Position numbers and translations under genes: made by a program
Notes under the pieces: model-generated
What the model saw: only the letters and a program-made list of their open reading frames with translations
Databases searched by the model: none
Told to the model about the DNA's origin: nothing
NCBI GenBank assembly: GCA_013115145.1
Contig: JAAPAO010000245.1
Span: 1-47,834, forward strand
Direction of reading: 5' to 3'
From: Perkinsus chesapeaki ATCC PRA-425
Lineage: Eukaryota; Protista; Perkinsozoa
DNA length: 47,834 bases
Shown: positions 1 through 10,510 of the stretch, piece after piece
How the letters are laid out: each line of letters starts with the position of its first letter
Numbering within the stretch: position 1 is the first letter of the stretch

Positions 1-387
1 CTATATTAATTTGTTCTGGGCTTTAACTAATTTGGTCTTGGCTTTTACTAATTAGATCTTGAAATGGTGTAGTGCAACACTGTCCCATAAATTGTTCGTA
101 TTATAGTATCTCGCCTCGAATCACAGCGTGTCTAACCCGTCAGCGGCGTCACTGTCCAGGGAGTAGGTCATTAGCTATTTCAATGCTTCTGAGTTGTTAT
201 CATATATGAACAATCAAGAGCTATATCGTGTCATTTAGCGGAGCTACAAAGATACAAACTTTGTGTTCTAGGCTAGTTCTAGGTGCAATGCCTGGTACAG
301 TACAAATCAGGAGTTTAAATAGATAGTGTAGCCTCGCAGTTTGTTTTGTTTACTATTGATCGTTTTGTCAGTTTTATTCTATTTCCC

Positions 388-1386
388 ATGTTCAGTTCGC
401 CCGCTCTTCTTCTTGGGTGTCTCCTCGCAGCATCATCAAACCAAGCATTGGCTGATCATGCTGATGATATTGTGACTCTCCTTAATAAAAGATTTAATGA
501 AGGTGGCCCCACTAACGATCTCTCCAAGGCTGGTGTATTGATGCATCAATGGGATGGTCTGGGAGCCGAGGACTATCAGCAATCCTGGAGGCCTTATACT
601 CCCGAGGAATGCTCCAATTCATCTTCACATGCTAATTGCCAATATTCCGATAGGATATCCTGCCTTCTTATTAACAACGATGTCCGCAACCCCGGTGATG
701 GTCGTATTCCTCTTTATACCTACACTCGTGGTGGTACTGTCGAGGACCCTGACTTCACGCAGGTTACTTGCGCTTATTCTGAGGATGGTGGTACTATGGA
801 CAGAAGCAACGCCGGGTGTGGATGCCATAACGGCGATGAACAGTGTGAGGCTTGGGGAGATAACAACTCCTGTGCTCTTGAGGGTCCCGTAGCTGACTTG
901 TCAGTTTGCTGGTGGGGTCCTAATGATCTTCAGAATATGATGGAGAACCAGAAGGGTGTCTATAACGAGGTTGTTATAAGCTCTGCTACTTATCTCAAGA
1001 ATCTACCCGAGTCCATCCAAGCATTCTTCTTCGTTGCCAACGACAGCCTCGGTGAAACCGAGACAAGAACTCAGTATGGCACCTTCAAGGCTAGTTATCC
1101 TAACGCTGATGTCCCTCTTCTTGTTCTTGACTATAACGCCGAAGAAAGTCCGTTCTTCAAGGCCGATAATACTCAGATGTACACTACGGGCGCCCCAACT
1201 ACGGGTAACGGTCTTATGACGACTCCTTCCTACGGTACCACACAAAGTGGCTGGTACCCTGAGAGCCCTGTTACGACTAGTCCCGAAGACGCCGATGGCC
1301 AGGCTGGATCGACTTCCAACGCCTACGGCAAGTCTATCACCCTCGCTGCTCTCGTTGGTGGTTTCCTCCTTTTTCTTAATCTCTAA
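388..1386 (+). CDS. Intronless secreted, probably GPI-anchored Cys-rich protein of unknown family (paralogue A)
   Basis: The ORF track starts at TTG 346; the first ATG in good context is 388 (MFSSPALLLGCLLAASSNQALA, a signal peptide). It is followed by a Cys-rich globular domain (…GVLMHQWD…DRISCLLI…DGGTM…WWGPNDL…YNEVVIS…IQAFFF), a Thr/Pro/Ser-rich stalk, and a C-terminal small-residue site plus hydrophobic tail (…TSNAYGKSITLAALVGGFLLFLNL) typical of a GPI signal. Clearly homologous to 2232..3239. Confidence 0.85.
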   Translation: MFSSPALLLGCLLAASSNQALADHADDIVTLLNKRFNEGGPTNDLSKAGVLMHQWDGLGAEDYQQSWRPYTPEECSNSSSHANCQYSDRISCLLINNDVRNPGDGRIPLYTYTRGGTVEDPDFTQVTCAYSEDGGTMDRSNAGCGCHNGDEQCEAWGDNNSCALEGPVADLSVCWWGPNDLQNMMENQKGVYNEVVISSATYLKNLPESIQAFFFVANDSLGETETRTQYGTFKASYPNADVPLLVLDYNAEESPFFKADNTQMYTTGAPTTGNGLMTTPSYGTTQSGWYPESPVTTSPEDADGQAGSTSNAYGKSITLAALVGGFLLFLNL

Positions 1387-2231
1387 TTTGTCTCTAAACT
1401 ATAACCTAGTTACAGATTTTCTATAATGTATCGATGTCTATGGGTCTGGGCACCCAAATTGCCATATCGGTTAAACGTTCAACTATCATTTTTGTTGCGT
1501 TCGTAGTAGAGAAATGGTGAAGTGGTGCGTGCGAAAGGCCCGGGGGGAATTTTCCCAAGTACCATCTGGGCGAATCCACTCTGCGCCGTAGAGTCTACAG
1601 CATGCATTTCGACGCTCCAATGACCCCACAATGATGTCTGTCTCTTGACCACGGCCTTGGGTGTACATAGCGCCGTGGATAGCTTCCTACTTTGTGCCCC
1701 GTTTCATAGCGACCCGTGCCAGGGTTCGCTCCTGCCAGGGAGCGTGATGAGGATCAGGATCAAGAGCCTATACTCCAGAGGCTTTACTGTACAAATCAAA
1801 ATGACTATAAGCATTATTTGCTGTAGTGACACTCCTTCACTTGTAGGCACTACTTCAGCCCGATTGCAACGCATCGTGACAGTTGAGGCTACTACCTCTT
1901 CGCCAAGGAGGAAAAAAGAACAAGAAGTCCTTTGTAAATTATTTAGCGCGAATCCAGAATCATCAGATTCAGATTCCCTTGACCTGAATTCGAGTGATCC
2001 AGTACAAAATGACTCCTTCCTAATCGAGGAGGTTGACCCAACAGAACCAGTCTATTTGTTTCACAATGGTTTCTAAATTGGTTAGTTTAAGTTCTGTTGG
2101 TTTCTAAATGCGCTCTTTGCCGAATTCTAGCGTACGGGGAGACACACTCTGTGTTACTAAAAACCGGTCCCCGATTGCCCTGTGACTCCCGACACAGTTC
2201 AAGACTGAGGTTATTCAGTTGACCTTCAATA

Positions 2232-3239
2232 ATGTTAAGCTCTTCGGCTCTCCTATTCGGCTTCATCCTCGCGTCGCCCAGGCGTTGGGTTATTGCAGAC
2301 CATGCTGACGATGTCGTAAATATGCTGAATAAGAGGTTCAATGAAGGCCACCCAACGGACGACCTTTCAACGGCTGGTGTCTTGATGCATCAGTGGGATA
2401 ACTTGGGCGCTGAAGACTACCAGCAGTCCTGGAGGCCCTACACGTCCGAGGAGTGCACGCCCGTCTCTGCGCACGCTAACTGCCAGTACGCCGATAGAAT
2501 ATCTTGCCTCCTCATTAACAACGAGGTTCGTGACCCCAGCAACGGTCGCATTCCTTTGTTCACTTATGCACGTGGTGGTACGGTCGAGGACCCTGACTTC
2601 ACACAAGTGACGTGCTCCTACTCTGAGGATGGTGGTACTATGGACAGAGCCAACAGCGGCTGCGGTTGCCACCAAGGTGATGATAAGTGTGAAGCATTGG
2701 GCGACAATAACTCCTGTGCTCTTGAAGGATCGCAAGCGGATTTAAAGGTGTGCTGGTGGGGCCCTAATGATCTTCAAGATATGATGGAGAACCAGAAGGG
2801 TGTCTATAACGAGGTTGTTATAAGCTCTGCCACTTATCTCAAGAATCTACCCGAGTCCATCCAAGCATTCTTCTTTATCGCCAACAACAGTCTCAGTGAA
2901 ACCGAGACTAGAACTCAGTATGGCACCTTCAAGGCTAGTTACCCCGATTCTGATGTCCCTCTTATTGTCATCAACTATGATGCCAAAGAGAACCCTTTCT
3001 TCAAGGCTTCAGATCAACAAATGTACTCAACGGCTACCCCTACTCCAGGTGGTAACGTTTCCACTGCAGCTCCTTCGGAAACGACTCCCTCAGCTACAGC
3101 TACTACCCAAAGTGGTTCAAACAATGGAGATGACAACAGCAACGGCGAAGCAGGTTCTGACGCTTCCTCGAATGCACACTGTCGACATGGTGTGAGTCTT
3201 GCTGCTCTCATGCTCGCTTTCTATTTCATAATACAGTAA
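2232..3239 (+). CDS. Intronless secreted, probably GPI-anchored Cys-rich protein (paralogue B, tandem duplicate)
   Basis: 335-aa ORF with ATG at 2232 and a hydrophobic N-terminus. The core domain aligns almost colinearly with paralogue A (DHADD…AGVLMHQWD…YNEVVISSATYLKNLPESIQAFFF). It has a different S/T-rich stalk and a hydrophobic C-terminus (SSNAHCRHGVSLAALMLAFYFIIQ). Confidence 0.88.
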   Translation: MLSSSALLFGFILASPRRWVIADHADDVVNMLNKRFNEGHPTDDLSTAGVLMHQWDNLGAEDYQQSWRPYTSEECTPVSAHANCQYADRISCLLINNEVRDPSNGRIPLFTYARGGTVEDPDFTQVTCSYSEDGGTMDRANSGCGCHQGDDKCEALGDNNSCALEGSQADLKVCWWGPNDLQDMMENQKGVYNEVVISSATYLKNLPESIQAFFFIANNSLSETETRTQYGTFKASYPDSDVPLIVINYDAKENPFFKASDQQMYSTATPTPGGNVSTAAPSETTPSATATTQSGSNNGDDNSNGEAGSDASSNAHCRHGVSLAALMLAFYFIIQ

Positions 3240-3860
3240 TTTATACAGCGTGCCTCTTAAGACTGTAGTATCCTACCACATCGAGAACCTCTTTCAAAAG
3301 TTTCTGCGACCGGCCTTCTCGAGGCTGTTATCTGAGGCCTGTTTTGCGTTTCAAGTATCCTGCGCCATCACCTTGCCTGCTGGTAACTTCCCTGGGGAAA
3401 ACTATAACGACCTTTGGGCCTCATCGGGGCGGCCAAAATGACACCAAGTAACGCAGAATCGAGCTTGCTAAGCGGGCATCAGGAAGTTGTCGAATGGTGA
3501 CCGACTCCGACAGCTCATTGCATACAAATATCATCCCTCCTGCTACGACCATTGTTCACCTTTCTGTGCTCGAAAATTCTTGTCCTCTTGTTGTTTCAGT
3601 TACGTGTGAAGATCACACGCTGCCACGTGAGCTGTGCTGCAAGCACTCCCGAGCACCGTCGGTTAACAGTCAGAAATCCTGGTGCTGGCATCGTACGGAT
3701 CTTAGGCTTCAAGTGCTTCTATCGTTAAAAGCGATGGAAAATAAAACAAGCAGACGAACTGCGAAGATCTCATAGTAAAGAATGTACACGAGATACAATT
3801 TAATTGTAACGAACGCACAGACAAGAATTGAAACTGCAACCCTACAGGGCGAAACGATTT

Positions 3861-5809
3861 CTAATCGTCGAGTTCGACAACTTCATCAGACTCTTCCTTT
3901 CGGTCGCTTCCAGTAGGGCCACTTGGTTTAGACGTAGACGTATCATCTGCCTGCCCGGCTTTGTCGATATCCTTGGATGTTGCAGGCGATAGTCGAATGG
4001 TGGCTAGAAGTGGGGCATGGTCGCTTCCCATGAACCCCTTCCGCTCCTTTCCGACACCCAAGTTATCAACACTCACTATCTGACAAAGCGACAACGTTTG
4101 AAATATGAATGTATGGAAAATCGCTATAGTCGAGGTCAGAGTATCTACAAGTGCGAGGCTGGTGACCAAAGAAACCTTCACGGTTCGGAAAACTAAGATC
4201 ATTACTGACAGATCCAGACGGAATTGGTTCACGAATTTGACAGGTGCGAGTCCCCGATGGAGTGACGCCATCCTTCACTTACATCATCCTTCATGGACTC
4301 CGGCACAAGAACGTAATCGATCCTCATTCCTTTGCCATAAAAGCGACCGTACCTGTCGTTGGAACTGCTAATGATTTTGCAACTGAACACGCAAATCCTC
4401 AATGCACCATGTGACACATGCTCAATTTCGACCTGACCAAGTGCTAACAAATAGGCTGCCAAATATAAAATGTATTTCACGCTAAAGTATTCAACTTACT
4501 CAGGTGGATTCGGTGGCTTCCCCGGCGCGCCCCTCCACGTCGCGTCCTTGTCCCAATCCTCAGCAGGATGGCACTGTCGATAGGCATCAATCAGCCCTCC
4601 AGCGTCGAGCAGGTCCGAAAACCTATCGACAGCTTATCAAGCGTGCAATGACATCCAAACAGACCTATCCTGCTCGGCCTTGGTGAAACCTGGCTGACCG
4701 ACGTCGTCTGCAGCCAAGCCATGACTTTGCTTCTGTTGTCGAAACCAAGCTGGATCAGGGCCGACATCATCCCACTTAGCAGCTACATTCTGAAGTGAAT
4801 GAGAGACTTGCGAATGCATCGGGAGATAACACGTTTCTCCAGAGTATTCAAGGCAGTGGAAATGAAGTCACATTCACAGACACAGCTGTGGAGCTTGTAG
4901 GTGAAGTAGTAGCCTACCAGATCTCCCAACCATATGGCCCGCTTTTCCTTCTCCTTCGCTTCTTTCAGAAAACTCTTAACCTCAAAGTCGAACCGTCGTC
5001 GTTTGGCAAAAGACTCGTCAGTCCATCCATTATTCGGCACTGAAGTAGTGAAGAGTGCACGGTAAGAATAACTATTTGCGCACCATAGGTGAGTAACAAT
5101 TGTAAGTTAGCAGCGTCAAAGTCGGCCAGAATAACTCTGCCCTCTGGGTGGTGAAAGCCCTCCCCCACGGTTCCAGGTAACTTAAACTGAACTCGGTCGG
5201 GCTTTGGCATCTTCCTCATAAACATGCCGACGCCAGCCTGACAGCCCAGAGCCTGCAGAGCAACCGTGAGTAGCTCACCTGTTTGATCCGCCTTAGACTG
5301 AAATAAAGCTGGTCAAAGCCACACTGGCGCGTGAGGAAGTTGACAACAAGATCTCGCTCGGCGCCCTGACTGCTGTTAACCCGATCTATCGTACCCGAGG
5401 GGGAGCATGACTCACACGACATTCGAACCTGTCACATAAACCTCGCCATCGTCCCCTTCTTTTCAGACTCCACTCCTTATCGTCTCAACAACTTCAGCAC
5501 GAAAGCAGTCCCGTAAGCAACTAGCTCGGCCCTTCACGTTACTTCGCAAACACACAAGACGTTAACGCCTCTTTCCTTTACAACTCGGGCAATCTCTTTC
5601 GCCGTCTCTTTGTTCTTGATTCGATTCAACAGACTATCTAAATGCGACAGGACCCTGTGTACAAACGCCCTCAGCGGCGCACCTGCGTTCCAGGCCATCA
5701 ATCGTACTGTGTCCGGCATCGCTGTCACCGAAGCCGTCTTTGGTATCTTTGCGGACTTTGGGTTTTCGACTTTCTTGAAAAAGTCCGTGAGGAGCGCGTT
5801 TCTTTTCAT
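3861..5809 (-). CDS. Exonuclease III / APE1-family AP endonuclease (multi-exon)
   Basis: Exon translations carry the EEP-family motifs in order: LMAWNA, VLCVCEV, GRVILADF…LLLTY, PNNGW…RRRFD…WLGDL/NVA, PGFT…EQ, GKGMRIDYVLV, SDHAPL. The N-terminus is Lys-rich (MKRNALLTDFFKK, ATG at 5809) and the stop is at 3861. GT-AG introns separate the motifs. Confidence 0.88.
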
Positions 5810-6017
5810 TTCCTTTAACTAGGTGTAAAGCACTCCCAAACTGTAACTCAACACTCCACCCCAGGTATTCTGAAACGGTTATGTCGGAAATGTAATTCGC
5901 CTGATAGGAGCATGTTTCATCAATAACATGCCGTCTACTTGCAATTGAACGGAGCAGTCATCCAACCCGAACAGCCTCCATAACGCGGCGTCGCTCCGGT
6001 GCCTGAAAATGCCAATT

Positions 6018-9000
6018 TCAAAAGTCTGAGGCATTTCCTACTGGTGGCGGTGGCCTCACCAACTCCTTGTGTGTCTCTGAGTGAGCTGTGTCATCCAGCT
6101 TTGCCAGGTTGTCCTTATGCTTCTGGTATCTACTCTGCCAATGACAACACCTACTATCGGGATGGCCTACTCATCATAGGTATAAAGATCGAAGCTCCTA
6201 TGGTCTCGGTCCATCATGTCGTAGATTTGTCGTATGCTTTCAGCGTCCTCGTCATTCCTAGCCATAACCCAACATGACCCCACCCCAGCTGAGGAGGCCT
6301 GCCCGGCCGATGGCTGTACAAATGCGATGTTCACCCAAACTGGAGACCAAACCTGATAAAAAGGAGTTCAGATGAAATGGCTGGGTGGTAAAGGGGCAAT
6401 TTACCTTCATAACTTCCCATTTAGTCCAAGCAGTTGGGAAATTGGTCATATAGAAATGTCGCTGCATATCAGTCTCATCCCGCCCAGCTATGTTCAGCAC
6501 GTTCGGCTGAGATTTAACCAACCGTACCTGTCAACAACCACTCAACACACCAAACCCTTCATGGTGACCTTACCCGATTGATCGATACTGGCAAAAGTTG
6601 CTGAATCGACAGACTCTTCTTCGAGATAGCCACATTTGCGCTGTCCTTGAAAAGTAACTGCTCCCACCAATCCTCTCCACCTCCTCAATAAGCCCCATGC
6701 CCACCTGAGTGTTGATGTCGAGACCTTTCCGTGAGCATATCTCTGCCAACTGCAACAGGCACACCAGCGCCGTCATCATAGCGTCGTATCTTTCCAATAA
6801 CATGGGAATCAACAACCGTAATGCCCAAACCCACCCAGCATCATGGGACATGTCGATGGCAGGCTTCTCCATCAGATCTATCGTATCTTCGCTGTCATCG
6901 CTGGAGTGATCTGATTCGCTACTCGACCCATCACTGCTGATGAACAGCCGACGTGCGGCGTGTGGAGGCCTGAAGAGTGCCACTATTTTCCGATACGTTC
7001 CCGAAAATCGCCGACTCACCGAATGGAAGCATCGGTCTCTCCATCGACCAGGTCAACCAGATCCATCCGGAGCCTGTGCTGCTGAGATGCGGTATCACCT
7101 AAACCGGGACGAAGGGGGCCGATAAGCTATATAGAGTGATACAACCCCGCGGTTAGTGTATGCCTACTATGCTCTTGTATATGTCGCTGCGCCATGAAAT
7201 CACACAGGCTCTTCAAGGTGGCTGGAGGGTTTAGCGGCGACAGAAACTCATGGGTCTGAACAGGGAAATGTAGCCAGTTTTGGGACTAGTCGAACCAACC
7301 TCAGCCAGGTACTTAGTGTCCAGCACTCCTCCCTTAAACCTCTCCGTCCACTTGTCCTTAAACTCGCTCACCGTCGATGGCAACGCTTCGTACCTTTCCA
7401 TCCGTCCCCAAGCCACCCACAAGCCTCTCGAAGCCCTACAGTCTATGTTGCGCATGCAACACGTCCAGGAAGCAGTTGTGGCCGACAATGACCTTATCGG
7501 CCGCCGCATCCAACAGAGAGCGCACCCCAACTTGAATGGTCGTCTGTTCCAGGTCCGCCTGTGACGCCATTTGCCTTCAACCCTCCGTCTCTAACTACCT
7601 CTATTTCCTTTATCTGTGTATCATAAAGCTGATCCTGACTGCGATACACTACCAACATCCTCTCCCCATCAGATGCCCTCCTTGAAGAGTAGGAATAAAG
7701 GTTAGGGTACTCTGCCGCTATAACACTATGCATTAATAGGCGCTGGAAGGCTGACGACATGGGAACCTATCAGGGGCAGCTGCTGTCGGATGATGATGAT
7801 GATCACACAGTGCTACGCACATACTTGGGAGTGAATGGTGTTTTATAAGTCAAGTATCAGCAGGACATCCGATACGAAGTCGGAATGTATCACAAAATAT
7901 GTGCAGCAACAGCACAAGTGTCTATAGAGGAGAAGACAAGGTAAAGGCTGTGGCCCGCTTCGGGCGTTTGGAGACCTGTAAGCCCCTTGTATGAGCCAAG
8001 ACACTATACAAGTAAGTGTTGATGAATTTATGTCCTGGGCTAGGAGCGATTATATACAACAATAGAAGCGAGAACATTATAGTAGTAGTGCTAGTATAGC
8101 ACGCGCCATGTAGCCTTCCCCCAGGCGTGGTCATCCTACCTCCAAGTTGTTAGTCCCATAAGGATCTCCTCTTAGCCATTCGTTAATAGCATCCTTCACA
8201 CTATTAATCATATCCAGATCAGGCCCAGGTGCTATCTCCGGTGGCGCCTATACAGCTCCTATGCCATGCCCCACACTCCTCCCACCGCCTCCGCCGCCGA
8301 GCTCACCGGTGTAACCTCTGACGCCGCCTTACTGCTCGCTTGCTGCTGCATTTGCCGTATCTCCGCAATTCGCTGCTCCATCACCGACTCTAGATCACCA
8401 CTGACTCTGGTAACAGAGCTCATTCACTTTCCTACTTTTGGTCCTCTCCTGATCTGGCCTGAGCCACCCTACACCATTCCTAATACACTCGTTAAGGTCG
8501 AAGCCGGCCTCGGATAGAAAGTTCATAGCAGTTACGGAGACCATGAACGCATCGGAGTCCTGGACGCCACTAGCTGGGGTCGAGCCTGAATGTAGCCTCA
8601 ATCGCCGATCGACATCCCGCACTCACCATTAGCCTGCTGCTGCAGTAGAGCCGCTGGTTTATTGATCGTCGAGGTTCGCTGTGGCCACATGTAGACGCTA
8701 AATGGTGCCAGACGCCATCTGGAGAGAGGGGATTAGCAGAGGAGCCAGTAGAGGTGCTATCATAGACCTCAAGAGCAAATAATGTGGTATAATGGTTATA
8801 CTATGGATGGGGGAGCTTAACTGTTGCAGCGGCGGCGCTGCTGTTCAGTTACAAAAGGGAGTATTATGCATTGTCAATAATATCTATTCTCATTGAATCA
8901 TAGAGCTCATTAAATCCAATTATTGAACAATTATAGAGGAACTGAAAGCTTAATAACCTTGGTACTCAATTCTTCAGTACAACTGGGTACCATATAAACA

Positions 9001-9812
9001 TTTACTTCCTTATCACCAGTGACAGCTATTATTATTAGTATCATCGATGTGTACTTGCACAGGGCTACACAGAATGCACAATACACTTTACAGCTCAACA
9101 GCAAGTGCCAAGAGCTGATGAAGCCTCTACGAGGTTATGCTTTACACTACTAAAAACCTATTATAAACTATATTGAAAGACCACACTCCCTTGAGCCCAT
9201 CACCCAGTACACATCTTCTCACCAATTCCGCACACAACATATCCTAGCTTCTACACTTCAGGGCAGATAGACCTCGCTTCGACCTTAGATTCTTCCAACT
9301 TGCCCATCCCAAGTAGCCTACCCGTTATTTTGCCGTGTCACCGCACATAGCCCCATCTGTAGGGGTAAGAAGTTCCTTGCCCCCGAGCAGTAGGCTTCAT
9401 ATACCTTATCCAGCCCTATGTGCCTGAACACACACTCTCTCTCTAAGACGCCCTTGAATTAATATGTGGCACACAAGTGCATAAAGTGGAGTTCGGTAGG
9501 GAAAATTCCGCCCTTACTTAGTTCACAGAAATGCCAGCACAGCCCCGAACTTACCTTTCCTCCTGAGAAAGAAGCAAGCCTGTAAGCTCAAAATCAATGG
9601 TTAAAAAATCACACTTGTGAATCTCTTGAAGGAGCACTGGTCGGAGCTGAACAAGGATGAGGTTTTCGCCACAGTGATGATAGTGTTACTTTGTCCCAAT
9701 TATGTCGAGTAACTACACTAAAGCTCCTCCTCGTGAACGCTGCTGCGACTGCTGGTACTGCAGACCGGGGAAGGCGCCTTACGTGTGATGATGAATGGGA
9801 TAGCAGGGACAT
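6018..9812 (-). CDS. PARN: PARN-like CAF1-family (DEDD) poly(A)-specific ribonuclease (multi-exon) with an N-terminal presequence
   Basis: Spliced exons give VVTRHNWDK|LRPVLLQEIHKCDFLTIDFELTGL (ExoI DxE), MNFLSEAGFDLNECIRNGVGW, KVIVGHNCFLDVLH (ExoII), GVLDTKYLA, HDAG|YDAMMT (ExoIII), and FYMTNFPTAWTKWEVMK (PARN RRM-like region). ATG is at 9812; the inferred stop TGA is at 6018. Confidence 0.85.
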
Positions 9813-10510
9813 GAACAACAACAAGCAGCCTATACATCGGCGAATATAACAGTACGTCACCAGTGTGGGATATAAAACTAAGCATCTACATGGTACAAGC
9901 AAACACCAGGAATAATTGACTGTATATAACTGTTGTTATATACTTATGCTAAAGGGTATAATATTATATCGTAACATATATTACAATATACTTCATACAT
10001 TAGATATAATGATGATGATTGATACATTATAATAAGGAATTACTATATTATACTGTTATGGTACAATATGGTAATATATATATATAAGACTAAACAGTAC
10101 ACTACTATCTCACAGTACCACTGCACAAAACTGATAATAGTATAATTAATATTCTTTCTCACTCTACACTCGTCAGCCAGAAAAGCAGTGTAGCTAGCAC
10201 GGGGCAATACTAATGAACTGAATGTGACTTGGTATATAGTAAAATGATACCGCTCGAAAAATTGGTAAACGATCCCCCCCCCAATTGATAACTCAAAGTC
10301 AAACGATATAAAACAAGTATCTTACGCAGGAGTAACCAGAAAACTGATAATGTGATTAAATCGAAGAGGCGACGCGGCCTGAGGGCTGATCGGCACAGAG
10401 AGTCGGAGGAGGCAAATGGGATGCACTAAATTCTTATTTTTTCATTGGGAGCATATACTCCACAGGAATTAGTGTACTTGGAGGAGCACTGCGGTGCTCC
10501 AAGCACATCA

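Noticed and set aside
7-60. Degenerate 21-bp tandem repeat (about 2.5 copies) at the window start
   Set aside because: Too short and divergent to interpret. It is neither telomeric nor CRISPR-like.
1645-2076. 143-aa ORF between the two GPI-protein paralogues
   Set aside because: Non-ATG start, no recognisable motifs and no supporting splice structure. It may be a decayed element but is unsupported.
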